Shown here piece by piece: positions 43,408 through 54,334 of a stretch of DNA of 64,000 nucleotides. The stretch is from the NCBI GenBank assembly GCA_965240325.2, contig OZ251224.1, positions 3,224,001 through 3,288,000 on the forward strand, in the 5' to 3' direction. How positions within the stretch are numbered: position 1 is the first letter of the stretch; the number at the start of each line of letters is the position of its first letter. Below the pieces are notes generated by a model. It was not told the origin of the DNA and did not search any database. It saw nothing but the letters and a program-made list of their open reading frames with translations. The translations under genes were made by a program, and so were the position numbers. Source of the stretch: Rebecca billardiae RCC1528 (taxonomy: Eukaryota > Protista > Haptophyta).

Positions 43408-46400
43408 TGGCCCGCGGTGCAGGGCGGAGCGCGTAGCGTGGAGCCCCGCCGGGGGCCCTCACTACGTTGTCAAAAAGATCTTTTGATCAAAGAAAAGGGG
43501 ATGGGGGACGATTTTGAGGGCTGTTGGAGGGTGAGTTTTCGACTTTTTGAGGGGGGGTATGCTGTCCATCACAGCTTAAAAGGCCGCGCCCGCTGCAATT
43601 CTTGTATCTACTATGGACGGACGTGGGATCAGATACCCCGGGGGTGAAACAAGTGAGTATTCCTATCCCTCTTGTATGCTGAAGTACGAGTTTGCCGAGC
43701 GACGTTTGATTGTTTTGGGTCGAAAACAGCTATGAAGCCAGATTCTTTTGAATAGTGCTTGTTCAAATACGTTACCCGTCTGTCTCGATGGATGAACCGC
43801 CTCGTCATGGCCCGCGGTGCAGGGCGGAGCGCGTAGCGTGGAGCCCCGCCGGGGGCCCTCACTACGTTGTCAAAAAGATCTTTTGATCAAAGAAAAGGGG
43901 ATGGGGGACGATTTTGAGGGCTGTTGGAGGGTGAGTTTTCGACTTTTTGAGGGGGGTATGCTGTCCATCACAGCTTAAAAGGCCGCGCCCGCTGCAATTC
44001 TTGTATCTACTATGGACGGACGTGGGATCAGATACCCCGGGGGTGAAACAAGTGAGTATTCCTATCCCTCTTGTATGCTGAAGTACGAGTTTGCCGAGCG
44101 ACGTTTGATTGTTTTGGGTCGAAAACAGCTATGAAGCCAGATTCTTTTGAATAGTGCTTGTTCAAATACGTTACCCGTCTGTCTCGATGGATGAACCGCC
44201 ACGTCATATTAAAAGAGATTCTTTTCAATAGCGCTTTTCCAACCAAGTTACCCGCCTGCCTCGATGGATGAACCTCCTCATAATATTGAAAGAGATTCTT
44301 TTGAATAGCGCTATTTAAAGCCAGTTACCCGCTTGCCTCGATGGATGAACCTCGTCCTGTACTCCTGTGCCATAAGCCCATAATGAAAGAGAGGCGCTTG
44401 TGAAAACAGGTTACCCGCCCGCCAGCGTTTATTGCGGGAGGCGCGACACGCCCGAGGCAGCGGGCGAGGATGCCGTGCAAAGGCGTGCGCGCCGCGCCGG
44501 TGCCCTCGCGCCGGTGGCGTGGGCTGGCTGGCTGCTGGTCTCGCCCACGCGCCCCACTCGCCCCAAGCGCGCAACGCCTGCGGGAAGCGCCGGCACCATA
44601 CCTAACTAACCTGCGCGTCGACGCCCGTCCTGCCGCGGCCCGCGCCCTCTGATCGATCGTCGATCGGACCGCGTGCGTGCGACTCCGTCCGCGCCCGCGC
44701 GCAGGGTGGGAGGGGCTGATGCAGGAGCAGATGCAGGACTACCTCGAAATTGCACGCGACGAGGAGGTGCCCAGCGCGCACTTTACGCTGCGCGCATCAT
44801 CGAGTGGTCGCCCAGCGAGCGCGGGCAGCCGCACCGCCGCCGGCTGACGGCGGGCGCAGCAGCGGCGCAGCTGCCAGCTGCGGACGCGCAGCGGGCGCGG
44901 AGTGGAGGCCGGCGCGGCGGCCGGGCAGCGGCGGCCGGCGCGGCAGCACGCTCGTATACATCGCGGCAGCTACCGCCGTCGTGCGGGGAAAGCACACGCT
45001 CTCCGCGGCTTCCAAGATGCCGACGGGCCACGGCGTGCAGGCTGCGTGCGCGCTGCAGTGGCTGTGTCGAGCTGCCTGCGGCGTGTGCTCGAGGCGCGGC
45101 GCTCGCACGGGCTACGCGGGCGCAGCGGGTGCGCGCAGCTGGCGCACGCAGTGCCACGTCCTGCGGCGCCAGTTTGGCGGCCGTCCGCCCCCCCGAGCTC
45201 GAGTTCTGCGCGCTTTGCGACGGCGCGGCCGGCCGCGCCCATCTGCCTGCTTGCTTGGGCACGCCAGCATGGCCGCCGCCGGGCCTGCTACGCGCGCCGA
45301 AGCTGGAGGGCGGAGGAGGGCGCTGGGCTGCTCCTACGGCGTGCTGCAGCCCGGGCAGGCTCTACCGCGGCGCGGCGAGGCCGTCGCGCCTGCTCGCCGC
45401 CGTCGAGTCGCCCGTGCTGCGTGACCCTCGGCCGCACGTGCTCGGCGGCACCGCAGCAGGCGTCCCATACCACGGTATGCTCGAGCCGCTGTGCGCACCC
45501 AAGGCGCGAGCTGCTTACGAGCGGGCCAGGTGGGCCCAGGGGGTGCGCGCATCTGGCACACGCAGCCCCGCGTCATGGGGTGTCGGTTTGACGGTCGCCA
45601 GCCCCTGTGGGCTCGAGCGCTGTGCGCTTCACCACGGAGGTGCCGGCAGCGCCCCGCGGCGCGCAACGGCGGGGCAGCATGGCCGCCGCCGGCGCCGCCG
45701 CACATGCCGCCGCTGTTACGGGCAGTCGAGAGCTTGGGGCAGCACCTACGGCGCATGCTGCAGCTCGGGCGGGCTCTGCCAGCCTGCTGTGGCGTGATCG
45801 CGCATTTTCCAGACCGTCGACTCGCCCGCGCTGCATAATATTCCATTATTCGTTTGCCGCGCGTGCTCGACGGCGCTCCGCGCTGCTGCTGCCGCTACGG
45901 CCGCGCGTTGGACGGACAGCATATGCCGACGGAGGGTGCACCGCGGGCCCCTAACTACGTTGGTTCTATGGAAGGACCGCGGAACGCGGTCATATTAAAA
46001 GAGATTCTTTTTAATGGCGCTTGTCCAACCAAGTTACCCGTCTGCCTCGATGGATGAACCTCCTCATAATATTGAAAGAGATTCTTTTGAATAGCGCTAT
46101 TTAAAGCCAGTTACCCGCTTGCCTCGATGGATGAACCTCGTCCGCCTGTACTCCTGTGCCATAAGCCCATAATGAAAGAGAGGCGCTTGTGAAAACAGGT
46201 TACCCGCCCGCCAGCGTTTGGATGCCGTGCAAAGGCGTGCGCGCCGCGCCGGTGCCCTCGCCCCGCGGTGGCGTGGGCTGGCTGGCTGCTGGTCTCGCCC
46301 ACGCGCCCCACTCGCCCCAAGCGCGCAACGCCTGCGGGAAGCGCCGGCACCATACCTAACTAACCTGCGCGTCGACGCCCGTCCCGCTGCCGCGGCCCGC

Positions 46401-47738
46401 GCCCTCGATCGATCGTCGATCGGACCGCGTGCGTGCGACTCCGTCCGCGCCCGCGCGCAGGGTGGGAGGGGCTGATGCAGGAGCAGATGCAGGACTACCT
46501 CGAAATTGCACGCGACGAGGAGGTGCTCAGCGCGCACTTTACGCTGCGCGCATCATCGAGTGGTCGCCCAGCGAGCGCGGGCAGCCACCGCCGCCGGCTG
46601 ACGGCGGGCGCAGCAGCGCAGCTGCCAGCTGCGGACGCGCAGCGGGCGCGGAGTGGAGGCCGGCGCGGCGGCCGGGCAGCGGCGGCCGGCGCGGCAGCAC
46701 GCTCGTATACATCGCGGCAGCTACCGCCGTCGTGCGGGGAAAGCACACGCTCTCGGCGGCTTCCAAGATGCCGACGGGCCACGGCGTGCAGGCTGCGTGC
46801 GCGCTGCAGTGGCTGTGTCGAGCTGCTGCGGCGTGTGCTCGAGGCGCGGCGCTCGCACGGGCTACGCGGGCGCAGCGGGTGCGCGCAGCTGGCGCACGCA
46901 GTACCACGTCCTGCGGCGCCAGTTTGGCGGCCGTCCGCCCCCCCGAGCTCGAGTTCTGCGCGCTTTGCGACGGCGCGGCCGGCCGCGCCCATCTGCCTGC
47001 TTGCTTGGGCACGCCAGCATGGCCGCCGCCGGGCCTGCTACGCGCGCCGAAGCTGGAGGGCGGAGGAGGGCGCTGGGCTGCTCCTACGGCGTGCTGCAGC
47101 CCGGGCAGGCTCTACCGCGGCGCGGCGAGGCCGTCGCGCCTGCTCGCCGCCGTCGAGTCGCCCGTGCTGCGTGACCCTCGGCCGCACGTGCTCGGCGGCA
47201 CCGCAGCAGGCGTCCCATACCACGGTATGCTCGAGCCGCTGTGCGCACCCAAGGCGCGAGCTGCTCGAGCGGGCCAGGTGGGCCCAGGGGGTGCGCGCAG
47301 CTGGCACACGCAGCCCCGCGTCATGGGGTGTCGGTTTGACGGTCGCCAGCCCCTGTGGGCTCGAGCGCTGTGCGCTTCACCACGGAGGTGCCGGCAGCGC
47401 CCCGCGGCGCGCAACGGCGGGGCAGCATGGCCGCCGCCGGCGCCGCCGCACATGCCGCCGCTTACGGGCAGTCGAGAGCTTGGGGCAGCACCTACGGCGC
47501 ATGCTGCAGCTCGGGCGGGCTCTGCCAGCCTGCTGTGGCGTGATCGCGCATTTTCCAGACCGTCGACTCGCCCGCGCTGCATAATATTCCATTATTCGTT
47601 TGCCGCGCGTGCTCGACGGCGCTCCGCGCTGCTGCTGCCGCTACGGCCGCGCGTTGGACGGACAGCATATGCCGACGGAGGGTGCACCGCGGGCCCCTAA
47701 CTACGTTGGTTCTATGGAAGGACCGCGGAACGCGGTCA
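43408..47738. mobile_element. Non-autonomous ~2.15-kb element, outer copy (43408-43807 plus 45993-47738), interrupted by a second copy
   Basis: The two pieces join into a sequence collinear with 43808-45992 and 58092-60272; flanked by A on the left and T on the right. Confidence 0.88.
43808..45992. mobile_element. Non-autonomous 2185-bp element, nested inner copy; Helitron2/Helentron-like architecture
   Basis: Terminal GGCCCGCGGTGCA (43809-43821) with a perfect inverted partner at 45937-45949; end hairpin GACCGCG-GAA-CGCGGTC (45975-45991); internal ~77-bp repeats; no transposase recognised. Confidence 0.85.
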
Positions 47739-47916
47739 TTATCAATTATCTGCCAACCGTATATATATATATACGGATTAGCAGCTGACGATGCGCTATT
47801 TGAAAATGCTAGCTAGCTTATAATGCAGTCTACATGCCGCTGAATCGCTGATAACTACACGTAGTCAGAGGCCGCCCGACTCGACAAGCGTCAATAATCA
47901 GACGTTCAGACGAGAA

Positions 47917-50421
47917 TCAGGCTCCTCGAAAGCTCTTGTGCTCCGAACATCGACGGGACGCGCGCTCGCTGATCTGCATGGAGCCGTGCACAACGTCGCC
48001 GTCGCTCTTGCGCACGGACACGAAGCGGTGACAATCGAGGAAGGTGATCTCGCACGTGGCGCCGACAAAGTTCGCGATGATGGTGTCGTCGCTGCCTTCC
48101 TTGGGCCTCCAATTCCCCGGCGCCCAGGGCGTGTGCAGCCGGCCATGGTCGAGGAACGCGATGGTGGGCACGCCCGCTGCGAGCGTGGCCGCGCGCGGGA
48201 GGGCGAAGGGCGCGTCGGCAATCACACGGCGTCACGCGAGCGGGTGTGAGCGTGCGGCGTGAGCACCCCGGCCCACCCACCCGCCGAGCCGTTCGGCGGC
48301 GCCGCTGCGCACAGCGGCACGGCGCCCGCGCGGCGCGCGCGCACCCCACGCCCACGGGCCAGTGCCGATGATGCGCTTGGCCACGGTCGAGCTCCACGCG
48401 CTGTCGGGCACGCCCTCGAGCTTGGGGTAGGCGACTGAGGCCATGCGCAACGTGTAGTGCGCGCCGCGCAGCTCGAGCGCGCCGTCGTCCGCAGTCGCGA
48501 GCTCGAGCTCATCGGTCCGGCAGAAGTGGAAGGTCAGCCCGGTGCCGGACGCCGAGGGCGCCCACGTGGCCGCGCCGATCGGAGTGATCGCTCGGCCCTT
48601 CTCAAAGAAGAAGAAGACGTTTGCGGCCGTGCCCCCCGTGTACTCGGGGCGCACGAGCTCCCACGGGCCCGCGCCCACGACCGAGCTGTACACCACAGAG
48701 CTCGTGTCGAACGGCGCCGGCCGCTGCCGCCGCGTCGTGTCGCGCGACGGGTCGACGGCGCTCTTGGTCCACGGCGGCGACGCAGCCGATGCCTCGTCAA
48801 AGAGGCGCGTGAGCACGTGCGCCGCCTCGTGTGCGCACTTGGGCGGCGGGCCGAAGGGGGTCGGGGGGAACCTGCCCATGAACTTGCGCTTGTCGAAGGA
48901 CCACTCGCCTTCCTGCCCCACCATCGGCAGCCCATCGAACGTGTACTCCAGCCCAAACTGTGCACACGCGCACGCCGCGCGGAGCAGAGCGGAGCGGCAG
49001 AGCGGAGCGGCAGGCGGGTGGCGCACACCAGGCGGGGCGCGCGTCAGCGCCGCTCACGTGACGCGTGGCGCGCACGCAGCACGGGGCGGCACACCGTGTA
49101 GTGGTAGATGTACGGCATCTCCGCCGTGATGTTCTGGTGCCACGTCGCGGCCGGCTCGATCTGCAGCTGCTGGATCACCTTGTGCTTCACCCCCAGCCGC
49201 GCGCACGTGATCGTGTAGCCCCACATCTCGAGGACCCAGCCGAACACACGGTCCGACTCCTGGTCGGCCTTGAGCTCGACGCTGAGCTCGTACCACATCT
49301 TGGTGATGTTGCGCAGCGTGGCGATGTGCAGGATGGCGGGCGACGGCCCGGTGGGCTGCACGTCCTTCCTCGGCCCGGCGTACCACTTGCCCACCACGCG
49401 CGGGTGGTCAGGCTGCTGCTCTGGCGACATGTATGGGAAGAAGAAGCCAGCCGCCTCGTCGCGGGTCGCAAGGTTGGGGATGGGCCTGAGCAGCAGGTGG
49501 TCACCCTCGAGGATGAGCACGTAGTCCTCCTTGATGCGCTCGTCCCACATGGCCGAGTGCATGAACGTGAGCACGCTCCACGGCCTGTTGATCACCTGGA
49601 AGCCGCGCGTCTTCTCCGAGCCGAGCTGCGGCGTCAAGTGGGTTGGCAGCAGGGCCATCAGGGCATCCGCCTTGCCGCCCGGCGACGCGAGCAGCCGCGT
49701 GATGGCGACCATGTCGGTGCAGTAGTCGGCCTTCTGCTGCTTGACTGCGGACGCGCGCGTGTGTTCGGGCGCGCCATCGGCCGGGCACGGACCACCGGCT
49801 CAGCCATGGGTGCAGCAGGGCGGGCGCCGCCGCGAGGGAGTGGGGCGCACAAAAGCGCAGCGAGGTCAGCGCACCAAAATGGTAATACGCTGCGTACGTC
49901 TGCCACTGCATGTACGGCCGATCTTGCACGGTCAGCAGCGAGTGGTACGGCCGCCGCTGAGGGCAATCGCGTGCGCGGATCTCGTCCTCGTCGATCACGC
50001 TCACGAAACCCTCGCGTGGGTAGCCAGCCACAGTGCTCGGCGCGCCGTCGTCCGACTTGGCGGCGCTGTGCACAGGACGCGAACTCGTGCTCGTCGCAGG
50101 GGTGCCGACGGTGGCGGGTTGGCTGGTGACAGCGGGTATGGGCGTAGTGGTGAGCGCCGATGCCGCAGGCGTGGGCTTCGGTCCTGCATCCTGCTCCGCC
50201 AGGCGCGCGAATGCCGCGCCCGGCGTGTTGTGGACAGCCGCCCCGGCTGGCGCTCGATTGAGCTGGAGCCAGCCGGCTGATCTGAGGTCGAAGAGCTGGT
50301 GCGTGTGGCGATGTTCCAGGTGCTGGTCCAGCCGGAGCACGTGCACGATCGAGAAGGCGAAAGCCAGGAGCAGGCTGACGGCTGCCACGGCGCCGAAGCG
50401 AGTGCCGCGAGAGGCGGACAT
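47917..50421 (-). CDS. HPAT: Hydroxyproline O-arabinosyltransferase-like (GT95) type II membrane protein; introns 49745-49874, 48958-49094, 48177-48344
   Basis: RPYHSLLT...YMQWQ...YYHF, VINRPW, IKEDYVLILEGDHLLLRP, FGWVLEMWGY, YHYTFG, WSFDKR; N-terminal TM anchor. Confidence 0.87.
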
Positions 50422-50613
50422 CGTGTGCGTTGGATCGAATATCCGTGGTTGTTGTTAGGGGTTGTTATTGGTCCATCAGCCTTTATTGGCGCATGGTCTT
50501 GATAGCCTGATGATAGAGTCGTGATAAGGTACTTTAGCTGGTCAGAACTTCAAACTCGTCAACTCGACGAGAAAGGCGCAGGTCCCGGCGCCATTCTCCT
50601 CGCTGCGAGGCGC

Positions 50614-51453
50614 ATGCTTTACGAGCTGAGCACGGGCACGCGTGCCCGTGTCGGCATCGAGCCTTTCTTCAGCTGGGCGCGGCTGGTGCGAGAATGTCTC
50701 GTGCTGGGATTCATCATCTCGTACATCATGATGTGCTTGCATTTCCTCACCGGCGCCGCCCCGCAAACGACCCTGGTCATGCAGCCCACTGCGGGTGCAG
50801 CTGCAAACGCCGAGCCATTCAGGCTACCCAAAGGAGCGTCGACCTGCGGGAACAGGCCTCGCGTGTACGTGCAGTGTGCACGGACCGGGCTGTACTGGAG
50901 GCTGAGCGATCGCGACGGCGTCATCGTCGCGGACGAGAGCCCACCCGAAACGCCGTTTCGAATCGAGCCGGTTTCTTCAGACGAGAGCACCAACGCCTCG
51001 TTCGCGATCCGGCATCTCTCGTCGCTGCAGCTGATCTCGGTGGTGCCACCAGGTGATCCAAACGCCTACGTGCTGCGGCTTGGCCCGCTGAGGCCGCGCT
51101 CAGCGCACGAGCTCTTCACCGTGCGCGGCGCGTCGCTCTGGAGCAACGGCGTCGGCTCGCTGATCAATCATCGGGAGCGGACCGCCGTGCGCGCGCACGG
51201 CAACACGGAGCCGTGGCAGCCGCTGACGGTCGAGACGTACAGCACGCGGGTCTACTTTCGCCTCCTGCCGTGCGACGACCCCTATGCCGTCGAGAATGCG
51301 CTCCTCGAGATGGTCGATCGTGGCGAAGGCGGGCTCCCTGCCTCAAAGCCAAATGGCGCTGGCGCGCGCAGCACCTCACGCTTCACACCTCCTGCGCGCA
51401 AGCGGCCGGCGTTTGGGCCACCCAGGGCGATACACAAGTCGATTCGAGGATAG
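50614..51453 (+). CDS. Hypothetical single-TM protein, possible beta-trefoil-like domain
   Basis: TM segment CLVLGFIISYIMMCLHF followed by a beta-rich region (VQCARTGLYW...FRIE...FAIRHLSS); start uncertain. Confidence 0.6.
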   Translation: MLYELSTGTRARVGIEPFFSWARLVRECLVLGFIISYIMMCLHFLTGAAPQTTLVMQPTAGAAANAEPFRLPKGASTCGNRPRVYVQCARTGLYWRLSDRDGVIVADESPPETPFRIEPVSSDESTNASFAIRHLSSLQLISVVPPGDPNAYVLRLGPLRPRSAHELFTVRGASLWSNGVGSLINHRERTAVRAHGNTEPWQPLTVETYSTRVYFRLLPCDDPYAVENALLEMVDRGEGGLPASKPNGAGARSTSRFTPPARKRPAFGPPRAIHKSIRG

Positions 51454-51777
51454 CCTGGTCGGGGGTTCGGCTGCGTCTGGGACGCGCGCGACGTGCTTCT
51501 GGGGTGAGCTGAGCGATCCGTAGCAGCCATTCATACCGTGGATGACCGCTCCAGTCTCTAGTCAGTGGCTCCGGTGCGCGCAGCTGACTGCAGAATCTCA
51601 GCAGAAGCCAGAACTGTGAGACTGGCGCCAGACTCCAGAGCCCATCGGACCGCTAACCGCCACTGCCGCCAGTCCGTTTCACTTTCATGCAGGCGTCTGA
51701 CGGTGACGACTCGAAGACTGCTGACGACTGCCGATATTAATCAGCAGTAGTTAACTGTAGTACTGTTAATAACGATG

Positions 51778-51782
<5 letters not shown>

Positions 51783-51833
<51 letters not shown>
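51783..51833. repeat. (TA)n microsatellite
   Basis: Pure TA run between convergent genes. Confidence 0.95.
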
Positions 51834-51836
<3 letters not shown>

Positions 51837-52090
51837 ATGAGTCTGAACGAGCGAGTGATGAAAATGTGATGATGGTGTCGCGCAGCATTGAAGTAAGAGT
51901 ATAGATTGAGCTCCGAGTCGCGAAGCGGAAAGCCGCAGCTCCAATCGCTCAGCAGCTGCTAGCTCTAGCCTCTAGGCGCCGCATCTCAGGCAGCGCAGCT
52001 GGGGTGCTCGGGCTCCGGCATGCGAAGTGCCGCTGACAGCCGCGCGCCGCTGCGAACCGCTCCCGACGGTCCACACCCAGCGCTGCGAAA

Positions 52091-54334
52091 TCACAGGATG
52101 AGCGCCTGCTTGTGCGCGGACACGGGCGTCACGTGCGACGGCGTGCGCACCGGCGTGGCGCGCCTCAAGTTGAGCAGCTCCTCGACGGCGTCCGCGTCGT
52201 GCTCCATGTGCCGCTTCGAGACGGGCGTGTGCACCATCTTCGTCGCGCCCGCGTCCACGCCGTCGCGCGTGTCGCTCCACGGCGTGCCCATGTCATACAC
52301 CTTGCTGCCGACCGGCGTGCTGCCCGGCGCGGAGGGGTACGGCTCGGTCGGCGGGGACATGACAAAGTGCGCGCCAGTCTCGTCGACGCGCACGCGCTTG
52401 GCCGCAGACTCCGGGGTGATCACGAGGTCCGGCGTGGACGTCCCGCGGATCGGCGTCTGGCCGATGCTGCTGAGCGCGACAGCCGCGTCGTCCGCGCGCG
52501 CGTCGCCGCCCCGCGGCGGCGTCGTGTGCCCCGCGCGCGCGATGTGCGCTCCGTAGTCGTAGTGCTCGTCGTCCGCGGCGCCTGAGCGGCGCGGCGCGCA
52601 GGCGGGAGCCGTGGGCGCGGGCGGCGCGCGTGAGCGGCACTCCCGGGCAGAGCGCGCGCTCGTTTCCCATGCGAGCGAGCGAGCCTGCGCGCGCGCGCGC
52701 GCGAGCGCGCACCGACGCTGCCGGAGACATCGGTGCTCTTGGGTCCGCTCGCGACCCCAACCAGCTCGCCGCCCGCCGCGGCCGCGGCGGCCGCCGCCTC
52801 GGCCGCAGCGCGCGCGCGCTTGCCCGCCGCCGAGCGCTTCTTGCGGATGGGCTGCTGCAGAGCGGCGAGATGGTCGGGGTGGACCGGGCCGATGTTTGGG
52901 TTCTCCGCCATCTGCCGCTGCAGCCGCCGGCGCACGGAGTTGTTCCAGTGGTTCTTCACCGCGTTGTCCGTGCGGCCGGGCAGCAGCCGAGCGATCTCAG
53001 CCCAACGGTTGCCCATCTGGCGGTGCGCGTTGATCAGCGTCTCGTCCTCCTCCGCGGTGAAGCTCTCCTTCCGGATCGACGGGTCGAGCTGGTTGTGCCA
53101 CCGCTCGCGGCACTGCTTGTTCAGCCGGCCCGGCAGGTGCGCGGCGATACGCGACCACTTGGTCGGGCCGAACTCGGCGACGAGCCGCGTGATCGTCGCG
53201 TCTTCCTGCGCGCGAGCGAGCGAGCGGCGTGGGCGGTGGAGGGCCACAGCCTCGCTCGTCAGCTCACGGCGGTGGCGCCGCGGCTCGGCACGGCGCGCGC
53301 GCGCCACAGCCGCGGGCGCGAGTGCAAGCCCGCTCGCACGCCGGCGCAGCCGGTGAGCGACGTCGGGGCGTGCGCCGCAGCGGCCGCGCACCTCGGGTGT
53401 CCACGGGCCCTTGATGCGGCTCGGGTCGAGCGCGCGGTTCCACCGATCGCGGCACTGCCACTCCGAGCGCTGCACGAGCTGCAGGGCCACCGCCTCCCAG
53501 TCCACCTCGTTCTCGCCGTACGTGGCCACGAGCTGCTTGAGCTTCTCGTCCTGCGAAGCACAGCAGCACGGCGCAGCGCAGCGCAGCGCGGCGCGGCGCG
53601 GCACGGAAGGCCATCACAGTCAGACACGGGCGCCGGGGGCGGGACGCGTCACGGCCGCGCCACGTCGGCGGCCGGGGTGCGAGGCCCGCGGGCAGCGGCA
53701 GCCCCAGCGTGCGGCCGCCCCGACGCGCGGCCGAGCGGGCGCGCACCTCCTCCGGCGACCACGCTCGCGGCCGCCACCGCGGCTTGCCCTTGCCCGAGAA
53801 CTTGGACACCTTGGAGGGCTTGCCATCGGCGGCGGGCGGCGCGGCGGGTGCGTCGGCGCTGCCGTCGGCGGGCTCCGAGCGGCCGTCGGGGTCTTCCTCG
53901 TCCTCCTCGTCCTCCTCCTCCTCCGCGTGCCGCGCCTCCTCCTGCGTCGCAAACTGGCTCGGGTGGTGCGTCACGAACTCGCTCCGGTGCGTCGCGAACT
54001 CGCCCGGGTGCGCGTGCTCCTCGAGCGGGGTCTCGGCGGCCGGGGTGTCTGTCAGGTTCTCATCAGCAGCGCTGTGCGGTGGGCGCAGACGCGGCGCGGG
54101 TGCGTGGGGCGCAGGCGGTGAGCGGCGAGGCCAGCGATGGCTTGGGTGGATTCGATGGCGCCTGGAAGCTGCGCGCGTGCCCCCGCGCGCAGCACACGCC
54201 CCCCGTCGCCCACCCTTTGCCTGTGGGCGCGCAGCCGTACGGGCGAGCACGGCAATTTGCATGCGAGCGCACCTCAGATCGAAGTCATGCTCGGGCACAT
54301 CGACGTATTCGTCGAAGGTGAAGCTGCGGGGCAT
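52091..54334 (-). CDS. MYB3R: Three-repeat MYB (R1R2R3) transcription factor; introns 54072-54272, 53551-53746, 53206-53391, 52582-52712
   Basis: Spliced repeats AWSPEEDEKL...QCRDRW, KGPWTPEED...KQCRERWHNQLDP, FTAEED...GNRWAEIARLLPGRTDNAVKNHWN; C-terminus rich in TP sites. Confidence 0.9.

Noticed and set aside
43408-43807. Hammerhead ribozyme or structured ncRNA in the AT-rich left arm
   Set aside because: Palindromes exist but no correctly arranged CUGANGA/GAAA core was found.
44139-44421. Possible CRISPR-like repeat-spacer array
   Set aside because: The units are degenerate whole-unit tandem repeats without unique spacers, in a eukaryotic context with no cas genes.
43285-47788. ORFs inside the 2.2-kb element as a transposase
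   Set aside because: No HUH, DDE, RT or tyrosine-recombinase motifs recognised; frames differ among copies.
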